From Octopus vulgaris (Eukaryota): a stretch of 64,000 nucleotides of DNA. The translations under genes and the position numbers were made by a program. The first letter of the stretch is position 1. Each line of letters starts with the position of its first letter. The stretch covers positions 43,090,001 to 43,154,000 of the forward strand of contig OX597828.1 in assembly GCA_951406725.2 (NCBI GenBank), read 5' to 3'. Positions 27,981 to 40,891 of the stretch are shown piece by piece. The notes under the pieces are model-generated. The model worked only from the letters and a program-made list of their open reading frames with translations, did no database searches and was not told the origin of the DNA.

Positions 27981-28272
27981 ATGGTAAAGGTTGCTTTGGT
28001 AACTGTTGTGAAGTAGGGTCCTGGTGATCAGAGAATCGTAAAACGTGTTTGTGATCAGATTTAGTTTTTCAGTTTTATTTTCTATTAATTAATTGCTAGC
28101 AGGGAGACCGCATTTCATTTTGCAACCATAACATACTATCAAGTACATTAGAGGTTGGTAAGCCAATACTGTATCTTAGTGTAAGTAGTGCGATTCAATC
28201 CCTGCAGAGATAAATCGAAAGCTATATTTCTATGAACAAATAAGATGATAATTTATTTTCGAACGCAGGAAA

Positions 28273-28680
28273 CAGTGCCGGAATGAGACCCATCGAGGCC
28301 CTGAGCGCTTAAAAGATTTGGTGCCCCCATAAAAGTTTATGTAATTCAAAATATAAACAATAACAAACCATAAAATAGATTTTAATTTTTCAAAATGAAA
28401 CAAAATAGTAAGAGGGAAAATAATGTTTATTTTTGCATAATTCCACTTTATTTACATTTGAGAGGTTTCCTCCTACTTTTTTGAATTGCAAAGTCTTTGA
28501 TCAGATCCTCAAAATTAATTTTAGGTAACACATCTGCATCTATACTTAGTAGAGATAAAGGCATCCCGGATATTATTTTAGCAAATTTAAAGTGATTTCT
28601 TTTGTGCCGAAAACCATTTACCATTTCTGCGGTGCCGTCTCCTTTCCTTGGTGTTTATTTTGCTTAATGGCTTATCTAGA
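28273..28680 (-). mobile_element. Deleted hAT transposon remnant
   Basis: Minus strand ~28558-28455 reads LSLLSIDADVLPKINFEDLIKDFAIQKSRRKPL, like the hAT C-terminal dimerisation domain. Terminus CAGTGCCGGA at 28273. Confidence 0.65.
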
Positions 28681-28756
28681 GTTGGCAGGAAGGCTGCTAG
28701 AACAGTAAACATATTAGATAAAATACCCTTGCAAAGTGCAAGGATTTGTCAACAAA

Positions 28757-28827
28757 CAGCCATGAGACTCGAACCCATATCTCTGGCAGACTCCATCCAA
28801 GTGCTTTACCATTAAGCTAAACTGCCC
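28757..28827 (-). pseudogene. tRNA-like sequence enclosed by ~75-bp inverted repeats (28685-28946)
   Basis: GGCAGTT-TAGCTTAATGGTAAAGC...ATGGG-TTCGAGT-CTCAT-GGCTGTT has A box, B box, T-arm and acceptor stem, but an irregular anticodon arm. Confidence 0.55.
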
Positions 28828-29362
28828 ACTGACAAATAAATCCGCAATCTAGACGCTATAAAGCCAAATTGCTGCTTGTTGACAAATTGTTCCGTTTTGT
28901 AAGGGTATTTTACTCAATATTTTTGGTGTTGTAACAGCGTTGCTGCGTTCGAAAATAAAATATCATTTAGTTGTATCTTACAATACACATTTCGACGCTT
29001 ATTAAATAAAATTGTTAGTTTGTTCATATTTTATGGTTTAATCAGGAGAGAAGGGGTTGTGCCCTGCAGCTGGATATGTCTGCCGACACACTAGCGAAAT
29101 CGATGCAGCGATGAACACAGCCAGAAGGAAAATTCTGGACGGTTGATTTGTGAGTAAGACGGACTGGCTGGAGTGTGGTTATTTCGGTATGTGAGCTGCG
29201 TGAATCTCGATATGAGTGATGTGAGAAAGAGGAGTGTTCCAAGTGCCCCTGGGATGCATGACAAGTACTCGCTAGTTGAATTAATTTTCCTTTTCCTTCA
29301 CTGTGGATACTTCAAGAGTAGATATGAATCTCACAAAAAAAAGGCTTTCTCCCCCAATTATG

Positions 29363-29590
29363 ATCCTTTCTACTACATGCAAAAGGTCTTAAATTTTTGA
29401 GGTGGGGAACAGTCAATTATTTCGACCCTGTGTTTTAACAGGTAATTATTTCATCGACTCCAGTGCTTAACTGGTACCCGAAAAGGATAAAGTCGAATAC
29501 GGTGGAATTTGAAATCACAACGAAGAGACAGATGAAATGCCGCTAAGCAATTTCTTCCGGCGTGCTGACAGTTTCACATGCTGACCACCT
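29363..29590 (-). mobile_element. SINE family C, diverged
   Basis: ATCCTTTCTACTA...AAGTCGAATACGGTGGAATTTGAA...GAAATGCCGCTAAGCA. Confidence 0.6.
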
Positions 29591-29801
29591 TTCCTGCCCC
29601 CTAATAATCCTGAAACCCTGTTATCCTTGGTGCACGGAGACTGCTTAACTTCTCAGCAAGGAATCTGGTTCCCTTGACATCAAGGAATGTCCACACAGCT
29701 GTGGGTCTGCGTGACATATGTCTAGACGCCACCGTCCCACCGAGATCTTTCAGCCTCAGTCACAAGACTATCTTTTGGTATTTGACCAATAAATGAGAAT
29801 C

Positions 29802-30041
29802 TTAATTCTTTAAGCATTCAGATTACTCTGTCACACGTAATGCTTATTTATTCACATTGTTTTGAATTAATCATAGATTATCTTGTGGCTTCCAGATTTC
29901 GATGATGCAAATATTTATTTTTACAGTGAGATTGGAGGGTAGGTGTGTGAAGTTGAATTTGGCCGGTTTGCAGAAAAGAAAACAAGCAACAAAACAGAAA
30001 ATTTGAGACAGATATGGGCAGTTTAAATGCTAAAAAGTCAA
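29802..30041. mobile_element. Possible piggyBac-type MITE, diverged
   Basis: Ends TTAATTCTTTAAGCATT / AATGCTAAAAAGTCAA resemble decayed TTAA-CCCTTTAGCATT termini. Confidence 0.4.
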
Positions 30042-30494
30042 CATGCACAACCCACTGGACCTAAGTACACCTGGGAGAAATGACAACTAACTAGTAACTA
30101 CAAACTCACCAAAATTCTTGAACTCACAAGCTGGAGCCACAGCACCGGAACCAGGATAATTACCCAGGATTAATATAGTATAGAACATTATGAATAAGAA
30201 TCTAAGGCAGAAACAACATAAGAGGCACGCCCGTTGTATTCGGGCGCCAGTGTTACCGATTATTCCCCCCACCAAAAAAACCACCTAACATCCCTGCCTG
30301 TTAATTAAAGTCATATTTACGCTTGATGATCTGACGAGGAGGTGTTATCTAGAGACACATTCTGCGTGCAAAGGAAGCAGTTGCGTTGGTGAGAAAATAT
30401 TTTATAGTCTGAGCAAAGAGCTATAAATGAACGGGACATAAAAGGAATACGACAATGTATTTCTCTCTCTCTCTCTCCTCTTCTCTATGTCTCA

Positions 30495-30543
<49 letters not shown>

Positions 30544-30633
30544 TATTATATATATATATACAGAGATTTATATATATTTGTGTGTATATACATGTGTGTG
30601 TAAATAATATTCTTCCATACATACATATATATA

Positions 30634-30755
<122 letters not shown>

Positions 30756-31347
30756 CATACATACATATATATGTATATATATATGCATATGAATCTATCT
30801 ATCTATCTACCTGTATACATGTACATTTACACACCCATACATACATACAATACACACAGACACTTGTGTGTGTGTACATGCGCGTGTGTGTATGTGTCCA
30901 TGCTCGTGTGTGTATGTGTATGTGTGAGTGAGTGTGTTCATGAAAATGTATGTGTCTACATTAGTACTATATTCCTGTATATATTCGCTGAAAGTTGTAC
31001 AATAGGAATTGAGGAGGTAGATCAATAGACAATCCACAGATAGATTAAAAGACAAATAGAGACAGATAGAGAGAAAGAGAGCGTATGTTTCTGTGTTTGC
31101 ATTCTATGTTATAGCATGAAATATAATACAAATTTCAGTATTTATTGAATCTTAAACGAAATATTATCTGAAGTAATTATCAGCTTGTTGTTAGATTATA
31201 TCTGTTTACCTTGCATCATTTTTAAGTTACTCTGTAACTTTAGATACAGTAACTGATAAACAAATATAGATTACTCTTATGCCCAATATATACGGAGAAG
31301 GAGGTACACAACTCTCACACATACGGAGAAACAGAGGTGCCATAGAT

Positions 31348-31385
<38 letters not shown>

Positions 31386-31394
31386 TATACATAC

Positions 31395-31480
<86 letters not shown>

Positions 31481-31502
31481 GTATATACATACGTATATAA
31501 AA

Positions 31503-31735
31503 GGCGACGAGCTGGCAGACACGTTAGCACACCGGGCGAAATGCGTAGCCGTATTTCGTCTTTCCCATACGTTCTGAGTTCAAATTCCGCCGAGGTCTAC
31601 TTTGCCTTTCATCCTTTCGGGGGCGATAAATTAAGTACCAGTTTCGCACTGGGGTCGATGTAATCGGCTTAATCCCTTTGTCTGTCCTTGTTTGTCCCCT
31701 CTATGTTTAGCTCCTTGTGGGTAGTAAAGAAATAT
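31503..31735 (+). mobile_element. SINE family C
   Basis: Full family consensus. Confidence 0.85.
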
Positions 31736-31831
31736 ATATACATACGTACATGCATATGTACACATATATACGTAAATGCATACACGTATACGTGCATACT
31801 TATTTGCATTGCACGCACACACATTTATACA

Positions 31832-32700
31832 TAGGAAGGTGAGTTGAAAATTTCGTACGTTGATTATGAAGGAGTGATGCTATAGCTGTGAAATGTTGCA
31901 TGCATTAATTTCAAAACTTCTTAATAATTTCATTGTTTCTTTCCAGGTCAATTGGCATCTGACGGTTCGAAGAAGTCTTTAGAAGTAGCTAGTGGCGACT
32001 TATCTTGTAAATGGACAAAATATGGCATCATGGTGGAATCAAGAACCTGCAGAAAAAGGGTTTAGGCGGTGAGCTGGCAGAAAAGTTAGCACGCCGGACG
32101 AAATGCTTAGCGGTATTTCGTCTGTCGTTACGTTCTGAGTTCAAATTCCGCCGACGTCGACTTTGCCTTTCATCCTTTCGGGGTCGATTAAATAAGTACC
32201 AGTTACGCACTGGGGTCGGTATAATCGACTTAATCCGTTTGTCTGTCCTTGTTTGTCCTCTCTGTGTTTAGCCCCTTGTGGGTAGTAAAGAAATAGCTAT
32301 TTCATCTGCCGTTACGTTCTGAGTTCAAATTACGTCGAGGTCGACTTTGCCTTTCTTCCTTTCGGGGTCGATAAATTAAGTACCAGTTACGCACTGGGAG
32401 CGATATAATCGACTTAATCCGTTTGTCTGTCCTTGTTTGTCCCTTCTATGTTTAGCTCCTTGTGGGCACTAAAGAAATAAGAAAAAGTGTTTAGCTCCCC
32501 ACCCCTGCGACATTCATGCTGACACGGTTACTACATTAGGGGATGTCGCTCCAAGGTTAGCAACAGTGCAAAAGTGAGCAGCTGAGTTTATGAGGTGGAG
32601 GACTTGAAGATTTCTCAAAGGTGTGGACCTCTTGCAACTACCACTGCCGAGGTAAACATTGATCACATTAACCACATGTTGATAGATGACTGGCGATATA
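31832..32700 (+). mobile_element. Decayed mariner transposon 5' part, split by a SINE
   Basis: MDKIWHHGGIKNLQKKGL | AP...DIHADTVTTLGDVAP...ATVQK*AAEF...TTAEVNIDHINHMLIDDWR is a mariner HTH region with stops and frameshifts. Confidence 0.75.
32065..32479 (+). mobile_element. Dimeric SINE family C with 14-bp target duplication
   Basis: Flanked by AGAAAAAGGGTTTA / AGAAAAAGTGTTTA. Second monomer restarts at ~32296. Confidence 0.85.
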
Positions 32701-32879
32701 AGACAATTGCATATCCCGTACCCGTACGAGTATTGAAAATATTCAGCGCAATGTATTTATATCTATGTATATTTGCAAATGGCAGCAATACAAACGGGGG
32801 TCATGAACACAATACGATTCTGTAAAGTAGAGCGTTTTTGTATTTTTTTCATTTATTAACTGCGAACCTATTTATATAC

Positions 32880-33805
32880 TTATATATATATAGATACATA
32901 TATACAAACACACACACATACATATATACGTACATGCACATGCATACATGCGTACATACATACAAACACACGCACATGCATATATACATACATGCATACA
33001 ATCATACATACATACTCACATACATACATTCATACAGACAGACACTAATACATATACACATGCATACACACATACATGCATTCATACATACATACACACA
33101 CATACATGCATACCTACTCACCTATACATACACACACAAATGTGCATACATACATACCTACATAAACGTAAAGACGCACATACATACATATGCACACATG
33201 CATACCTACATATACACATACAAGCATACATACATACATATATGCATACACACCTATACATACACACATACATGCATTCATCCATACACACACAAACATG
33301 CATACATACACACATACCTACATACGCATACATGCATACATACGTATACACAAACAACCATACATAAATACATACATACATAAAAAATACATACATACAC
33401 ACATACACATATACTTAAACATGCATACACACAGACTTACATACGTACATACGTACAAACATACATACACACATACGCTCATACACATACATACACACAT
33501 ACACATACACATACATACATACATACATACGTACATACATATATACATACATACATTCATCCATACACATACATACAGACGTACATATATACATACAGAC
33601 GTACATACATACATACATACAGACTCATATATAAATACATACATCCATACATACACACATACATACGTACGTACATACATACATACATTCATCCATACAC
33701 ATACATACAGAAGTACATACATACATACATACATACATACATACATACATACATACATACATACATACAGACTCATATATAAATACCTACATCCATACAT
33801 ACATT
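32880..33805 (+). repeat. Degenerate (TACA)n/(CA)n tract
   Basis: Directly visible. Confidence 0.9.
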
Positions 33806-34094
33806 TATGTAGGTATGTGTTTGAGGGTGGGTGCGAGTGTTTGGTGCGGGTGGGCGGGTGGGATGGAATGTGCACGTTTGTGTCTGCCTAGCTAGACGTG
33901 TGCTGTGATAACACTGGCGATGTGTCGCAGACTGAATTACAAAGCTAACATTTCGTAATCTCAGTTATTCTCATTATCCAGATCTCTCAAGCTTCTTGTG
34001 TTGACGTAAAGATTTACAGATTGGCTAGAATTTCTTTGATTGGTTATTAATTATGTGTGCAGATAATGAGTGGCATATTGTTATCCTTGTAAAC

Positions 34095-35010
34095 GTTGTT
34101 GTTGCTGATACTTGTTACAATAGCTGTGGTGATGTTGATGGTGATGGTGATGGTGATGATGTTGGTGGTGGTAGTGGTGGAAATAGCTTTTGCTTATAAT
34201 AGTATGGTGCCGGTGGTGGTAGTGGTGGTAGTGTTACTCGCGGTTGTAGCTGGTGGCGGTGGCGGTGACGCTGGTGGTAGTAGTATTGGTGTTTGTGGCA
34301 ACGATCCTTGTTGCAGTTGTTGTGGTGGTCATGGCTGAAGTTGTGGTAGATGTGGCGGCCTTTGGTCGTGACTGTGGTGGTGGAACTTGCGCATGTGGGG
34401 CTTGTGACACATGTGGCGCTTCGAGATAGTAGTCGTGGTGGTGGTGGTGGTGCTAGTGATCGTGATGGTGGTGGTGGTGGAGATGGTGGTATTGATATGG
34501 TCGTGTTGATGGTGGTGTTGGTGTTGGTGATGTTAGTGGTGGTGTGGGTGGTGCTTTTGGATAGTGGTGGTGGTGATGTTGGCGGGGGCGATGGTAGTGA
34601 TGGAGGTGATGGCGTTGGTGGTGACGGTAGCGGTGGTGGTAGCGGCGTTCATAGAGGTATAAGTGCTGATGGTGGTATTGGTGGTAGTGATGGTGGTGGT
34701 GATGTTGGATCTGGTGATTTTGGTGGTGGTTGTGGTGGTGGGGTGATATTGGTGGTGATGTTGGATAAGGTGGTTTTTGGTGGTAGTGAATGTGGTGGTG
34801 GTTGTGGTTATAGTAGTGGTTGTGTTGGCGGGGTGATAGTGGTGGTGCTTTTGATGGTGGTGGTGATGGCGGTGGTAATGGTGGTGGTGCTAGTGGTTGT
34901 TTCATTGGTGGTGGTGGCTGTGTTGATGGTGGTGGCTGTGGTGATGATGGTGGTGTTGGTGATGGTGGTGATGGTAGTGGTGTGGATGGTAGTGAGTGTT
35001 GATGGTTGTT
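34095..35010 (+). repeat. Degenerate (TGG)n low-complexity tract
   Basis: Directly visible. Confidence 0.9.
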
Positions 35011-35604
35011 ACAGCGTTTACGGAGCACCACCTTTAGTCGAACAAATCGACCGTAGGACTTTTTAAGCAAAGTACTTATTCTATCGGTCTCTTTTATCGA
35101 ACCGCTAAGTTACAGGGACGTAAGCACACCGACATCGGTTGTCAAGCGATGGTGGGGGACAGACACAGACACACAAACATATATCTTGGGTATTTCTATT
35201 CTGGTATAGTCTCGTGTCGATCAGTTACAGGCGTTACACGGAATTTGGTAGGCTAGACAGAAGCCTTTTCTCTCCTTGGGTTGTATAACCGAAATCCAAT
35301 GATTGAAACAAGTAAGAAAGTAAAAGTTAAAATTAAACACTAGTTATGCGCTAGTTTTGATTCATAGAATTAATAAGCTTCCATGACAAAAATATTGTGA
35401 CCTAGTACTAAGTCTACCTCTCGAACAATATTTCAGCTATTGTCCCCTCTCTTTTGCCTAACACTCGATAAAATACATAAAATAAGTACCAGTTGAAAAC
35501 TGGGCTCAATGTATCCGAGTTACCTGCTCCCCTGAAACTGATGGCTTTGTACCAAAATTTAAAGCTAAGATTACTCTACTTCTATTTCTCTTATAGTCTA
35601 GTCG

Positions 35605-35926
35605 GAGACCCTCCTCAGTCATGAATGACTATGGGATTGCACCTAGAAATTTAACCTCCGAGGCATAAGTCTGGGCAAGGTTGTTTATGGAAGACCAGCA
35701 GTCGGCCATGCATACCGGCCTCCCCTCTCCACACCACTAGTGTTATCCAAGGGAAAGGCAGCAGCCGATACAGCTTGGCACCAGTGACGTCGCAACTCAT
35801 TTCTACAGCTGAGTAAACTGGAGCAACTTGAAATAAAGCGTCTTGCTCAAGAACACAACACGCAGCCTGGTGTGAGATTCGAACTCATAACCTGACGGTC
35901 GTAAGTTCGATTCTCTAATCACTGAG
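35605..35926 (-). mobile_element. tRNA-derived SINE with RTE-like tail (family D)
   Basis: Minus strand CTCAGTGATTAGAG...GAGTTCGAATCTC (A/B boxes), TTGCTCCAGTTTACTCAGCTG central domain, tail CCATAAACAACCTTGCC...CCATAGTCATTCATGACTGAGG. Confidence 0.65.
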
Positions 35927-35954
35927 TGTAGTATAGGATAAAATAATAAAGTAG

Positions 35955-36330
35955 ACATCCATCGGTCTCGAGAGACCATGGACCTGCGCCCGAAGAAATT
36001 GTGCCAGCTGCTGATGGTGGTGCCGCATTTGCTGTAGCTGCAGAGGGCCTGCAGTTGAAGGAATTCTCTATCGTCTCTACAGGTTTTTCAATTAAGTCGA
36101 GCGCGTTTTTCTTTGGCGCAGAGTTCCTGTTTCCCTTGCTCTCGCTTCATCCCATTCCACAGTAGTTGTCTTCAGCGTGGGCGATCAATTTTTTTTGCGA
36201 CCTTCTCCCATCTCTACTCGTCCATATCAAGCGACTTAATATCTCTCTAGCAGACGTCCTTGAAACGAAGGTGAGGTCGTCCTCGTGCTCTTCTGTCGGT
36301 GGCCAATTCCCCATGCAGGGGAACATATCA
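35955..36330 (-). mobile_element. RTE-clade LINE 3' fragment
   Basis: Minus strand RGRPHLRFKDVC*RDIKSLDMDE*RWEKVA is an RTE C-terminal motif. 3' end CCATGGTCTCTCGAGACCGATGGATG. Confidence 0.7.
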
Positions 36331-36609
36331 ATGATCTCAAAGCTACACACGCACACAAACGTATATCCATTCAGGCTCACATTTATATATATATAAGGAT
36401 GAGATCGTTATTTAAATATCGAACTTATCAAGTGGTCAGCATGGGAATAAAAACCTTCAAAGGTAAAAATTATTATAAAAATTATAATATAGGGTATCTA
36501 AGAGATACCACCACTGGTGCTGTATGAACGTTTAATGTAGTTTTAGAGTCAAGTTTTGGCTGCTATTTCAAGCGTGGTGATATCTCTTAGATACACTAAA
36601 TTATACTTT

Positions 36610-36643
<34 letters not shown>

Positions 36644-36645
<2 letters not shown>

Positions 36646-37045
36646 TCTTTTACTTGTTTCAGTCATTTGACTGCGGCCATGCTGGAGCACTGCCTTTAAT
36701 CGAGCAACTCGACCCCGGGACTTATTCTTTTGTAAGCCCAGTACTTATTCTATCGGTCTCGTTTGCCGAACCGCTAAGTAACGGGGACATAAACACACCA
36801 GCATCGGTTGTCAAGCAATACTAGGGGACAAACACAGACAAACAAACACACGCACGCATATATATATATATATATACATATATACGACGGGCTTCTTTCA
36901 GTTTCCGTCAACCAAATCCACTCACAAGGCTTTGGTCGGCCCGAGGCTATAGTAGAAGACACTTGCTCAAGGTGCCACGCAGTGGGACTGAACCCGGAAC
37001 CATGTGGTTGGTAGACAAGCTACTTACCACACAGCCACTCCTGCG

Positions 37046-37047
<2 letters not shown>
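36644..37047 (-). mobile_element. SINE family B, full length
   Basis: Family consensus, inserted in (TA)n. Confidence 0.85.
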
Positions 37048-37102
<55 letters not shown>

Positions 37103-37866
37103 AGAGAGAGAGAGAGAGAGAGAGGAAGAGGGAGAGAGACACCCACACAAGCATTAAGACATGTTTAAAGCATTAGATGTCCGTGTGTCCAACTGAAGGA
37201 ATGTGTGCGCATGCGTGTGTAAGTGCGTGCACTCATTAATATGTGTTCTCAGACTTACATTGCAAAGGTAGAAATAAATGACTTGCTCAAGGATAAACCG
37301 ACGAAGCTACGTAAGAATTAATAATCACAGTTATAGCCGCAACAGCCATTCATTCATTTTATGCAAACAATATAAACCTGCCATAGTCACATAGAAGAAA
37401 GAAAAAAGAGCGACTGACGTGTTTTCAGAGCGTGTCGATGGTCAGGTCTTTCTATAGTTGTATTGACATATCAATGTACACAAAGACACACACACACACA
37501 CACACACACACTGATGTATGCATACATGCTCATGTTTATATATACAAACACCCACACACAAACACTCAGACATGTTTACAGCCCTGTATATGTGTCAGAT
37601 TCAAGAAGTGTGGGTGGGTGTGTGTATGGGTGTATGTATACATGTATGTATACATGTATATAAGTATGTATTTATGTATGCATGTAGATATATGTATGTA
37701 TGTATGTGTGTGTTTGTGGGTCTGTGTGTAAGTGCGTGTGCTCAACATATAAGTTTACATAAATATGTAAGCGTATTTACATGTACAGTAAAAACGTGTG
37801 TATATACATACATAAATGCATACATACATATATGTATATATACATAAATTTCGTATGCATTTACAT

Positions 37867-37936
<70 letters not shown>

Positions 37937-38164
37937 GCATATATATATGTATATGTGTGTATGTATGTATTTATGTATATATGTATATGTATGTGTGTAT
38001 GATATATATATATATGTAAATATGCATATAAAACCCATTCAGGGGACCATCACGCACTTCAAATATATGCTCCCGTTGACAACCTAAAATATTCAAACAT
38101 TTCAATCTACAGTATGAAAGCATATGTATCAGCACACCCGGACACATAATATACTTCCCTGCCC

Positions 38165-38270
<106 letters not shown>

Positions 38271-38290
38271 TACACACACACACACAAATG

Positions 38291-38410
38291 TATTTGGTTG
38301 TTCGGAAAGGTTGTGCCGATTTATAGTAGCTTACCTTTCGACTTAGTTTAGAACATGGTTGAGTCCATAAAATACGATTTGACTACACCTCCATTTCGAG
38401 CACAGTTTAG
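38291..38410 (+). mobile_element. 5' terminus of the same mariner family as 2927-3346
   Basis: TATTTGGTTGTTCGGAAAGGTTGTGCCGATTTATAGTAGCTTACCTTTCGAC is the reverse complement of 3295-3346. Confidence 0.75.
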
Positions 38411-38519
38411 GAATAAAGGGTGCATTATGCCGTCTTCTCATCAGGAAAGACAAGGAACTTATGTCAGCATCATGACGAACAAAAACTTTTAGATGACTGC
38501 CCACACGGAGTCCATAGTG

Positions 38520-38584
<65 letters not shown>

Positions 38585-38637
38585 GTTTAAATATTTGTTG
38601 TGCAAGATTTCTTATGTGAAGTCGTGTGTTGAAACAG

Positions 38638-38862
38638 ATATTGTTATATTTCGGAATGGTCATATTGCCAGTTTAGCCAATAAAAACACACGCACTATAT
38701 ATTTGGTGTTATTTTGCTTCAGTGATATTTATTTTTGGCCGAAATAAGATTAAGATTAATGTAAAAAATAAATATCACTGAAGCAAAATAACACCAAATA
38801 TATAGTGCGTGTGTTTTTATTGGCTAAACTGGCAATATGACCATTCCGAAATATAACAATAT
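38638..38862. repeat. Perfect ~99-bp inverted repeat with 27-nt spacer
   Basis: Arms 38638-38736 and 38764-38862. The same peptide appears in ORFs on both strands. Confidence 0.9.
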
Positions 38863-38926
<64 letters not shown>

Positions 38927-39186
38927 CGGAAATGTACTTGCACAGCAAGTGACCTGATCAGAATTCGTATGCTGAAACAACAGCGAGTGCAGCATGGAAG
39001 GTGTTTATAAGCGTTAGATTCACTTCAACATTCAAATCTAATTTATCAAAATATTTCCGTCGCTTTGAAACTGCGACCTGTTCACTGACTAATTCTGTGC
39101 AGCACGGAATTTTGTCAGTGAACAGGTTTTTGTGTGTTTTTAAATGGCTTATAACTACTTCCATACTGCAATTATTTATATATAAG

Positions 39187-39822
39187 GTTTCTTTTTTGTT
39201 TATTGCCCACAGGGGGGCTAAACAAAGAGGGGACAAACGAGGACAGACAAATGGATTACATCGATTACATCGACCCCAGCACGCAACTGGTACTTAATTC
39301 ATCGACCACGAAAGGATGAAAGGCAAAGTCGACCTCGGCGGATTTGAACTCAGAACGTAGCGTCAGACGAAATACCACTAAGCGGTTTGCCCGGCGTGCT
39401 AACGTTTCTTATTTCTTTATTACCACAAGGGGCTTAATATAGAAGGAACAGACAAGGACAGATAAAGGGATTGAATCGATTACATCGACCCCAGTACGTA
39501 ACTGTTACTTATTTAATCGACCCCGAAAGGATGAAAGGCTAAGTCAACCTCGGCGACATTTGAAGTCAGAACGTAACGGCAGACGAAATACCTATTTCTT
39601 TACTACCCACAAGGGGCTACTCACAGAGGGAACAAACAAGGACAGACAAACGGATCAAGTCGATTACATCGACCCCAGTGCATAATTGGTACTTAATTTA
39701 TAGACCCCGAAATGATGAAAGGCAAAGTCGACCTCGGCGGAATTTAAACTCAGAACGTAACGGCAGACGAAATAAGGCTACGTATTTCGCCCGGCGTGCT
39801 AACGTTTCTGCCAGCTCGTCGC
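39187..39822 (-). mobile_element. Trimeric SINE family C
   Basis: Three head-to-tail monomers with junctions at ~39592 and ~39409. Confidence 0.8.
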
Positions 39823-40019
39823 TTTTACACACATATAGATGTGTGTTATGCTTCTGTTTGTCCCATACCGCGCTTTACCTCTCCGTAGCGGTTCGACAAA
39901 AGCAACCGATAAGTATATTTACAAGACTTAACAAGAAAATAAATACTAGGGTCAATCAATTCGACCAAAATTCCTCAAGGCGTTGCCCCAGTATGGCGAC
40001 TTATGGAGACTTAAATAAA

Positions 40020-40416
40020 TCTTTATATATAAAAGTGAAGTTGTGTGTCTGTCTCCTACGATTTAGTTTCCTAACTACTCCCACATTTTGCGGTGCAGTG
40101 TAACCAAAAGCGGGTATCTTATAGTCGTGATTAATATCGAGCCCTTCTGGGTATTAGCGCGCGTCTACGATGAGTCTACGATTTAAGAAAAAAATTACCA
40201 TCATTTTTCCCCATTTTTAATGCATTTTTTCGCTATTATATAAGGGAAGTAACTCTCTAAAAATGTATTATTAAATCTCAGAACGTAAAAAGCTACAGTA
40301 ACACCCCCCCCTTTGTGGTTAGCCATATTGAGATGGCTATTATACTTTACGTCTCTAAAAATGCTTATATAGTTATTTCCCTTACAAACCCGAGCAACGC
40401 CGGACGATACTGCTAG
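40020..40416 (+). mobile_element. Non-autonomous Helitron
   Basis: 5' TC, 3' CTAG, subterminal GC hairpin, inserted between A and T without TSD inside a SINE B tail. Second copy at 13979-14369. Confidence 0.8.
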
Positions 40417-40891
40417 TAATAGATAAAATATTAAAAAATTATTAATTACAGCCACTACATGTAGCATAAACTGCGAAAAGCCTCTTATAATTTGAGAAAT
40501 TAAGAATACTTAAAATAAACAATGCAAATATGAAGAGCCAGCATGTTGTGTCTCATCCGTAATTACAGAAAATACATGTTAGCTAATTAGTTAATTACTT
40601 AGTTAAATGGATTAAGTATTTGTCGGTATTGCTGATATGGTCTCAATTTCTGTGTGCCATCAATGGCGCTTTTACGGTTTCGGATTGTAAATCGAGTGTC
40701 TTCAAGTGATTGGTTTTTGGTAAGTGTTTCTGTTGCTCTACCCGCTTTTCCATTTTGTCTTGAACAATTTGTCACGAAAGATTCAGCTTCTAAATGTTCT
40801 TTAGTTAGTTAGTTAGTTAGTTAGTTAATTTGGCTCAAAAGCAAATAGCAAGGCCATGTAGGGGGACATGGAGTTAAGTACAGGGTGGTGT

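Noticed and set aside
29046-29155. Exon-like segment (CAG acceptor, GTGAGT donor)
   Set aside because: All three frames contain a stop and I recognise no protein. It needs RNA-seq.
34350-35070. Gly/Val-rich and Pro-rich ORFs (also 58156-59486)
   Set aside because: Degenerate (TGG)n/(CCA)n low-complexity DNA.
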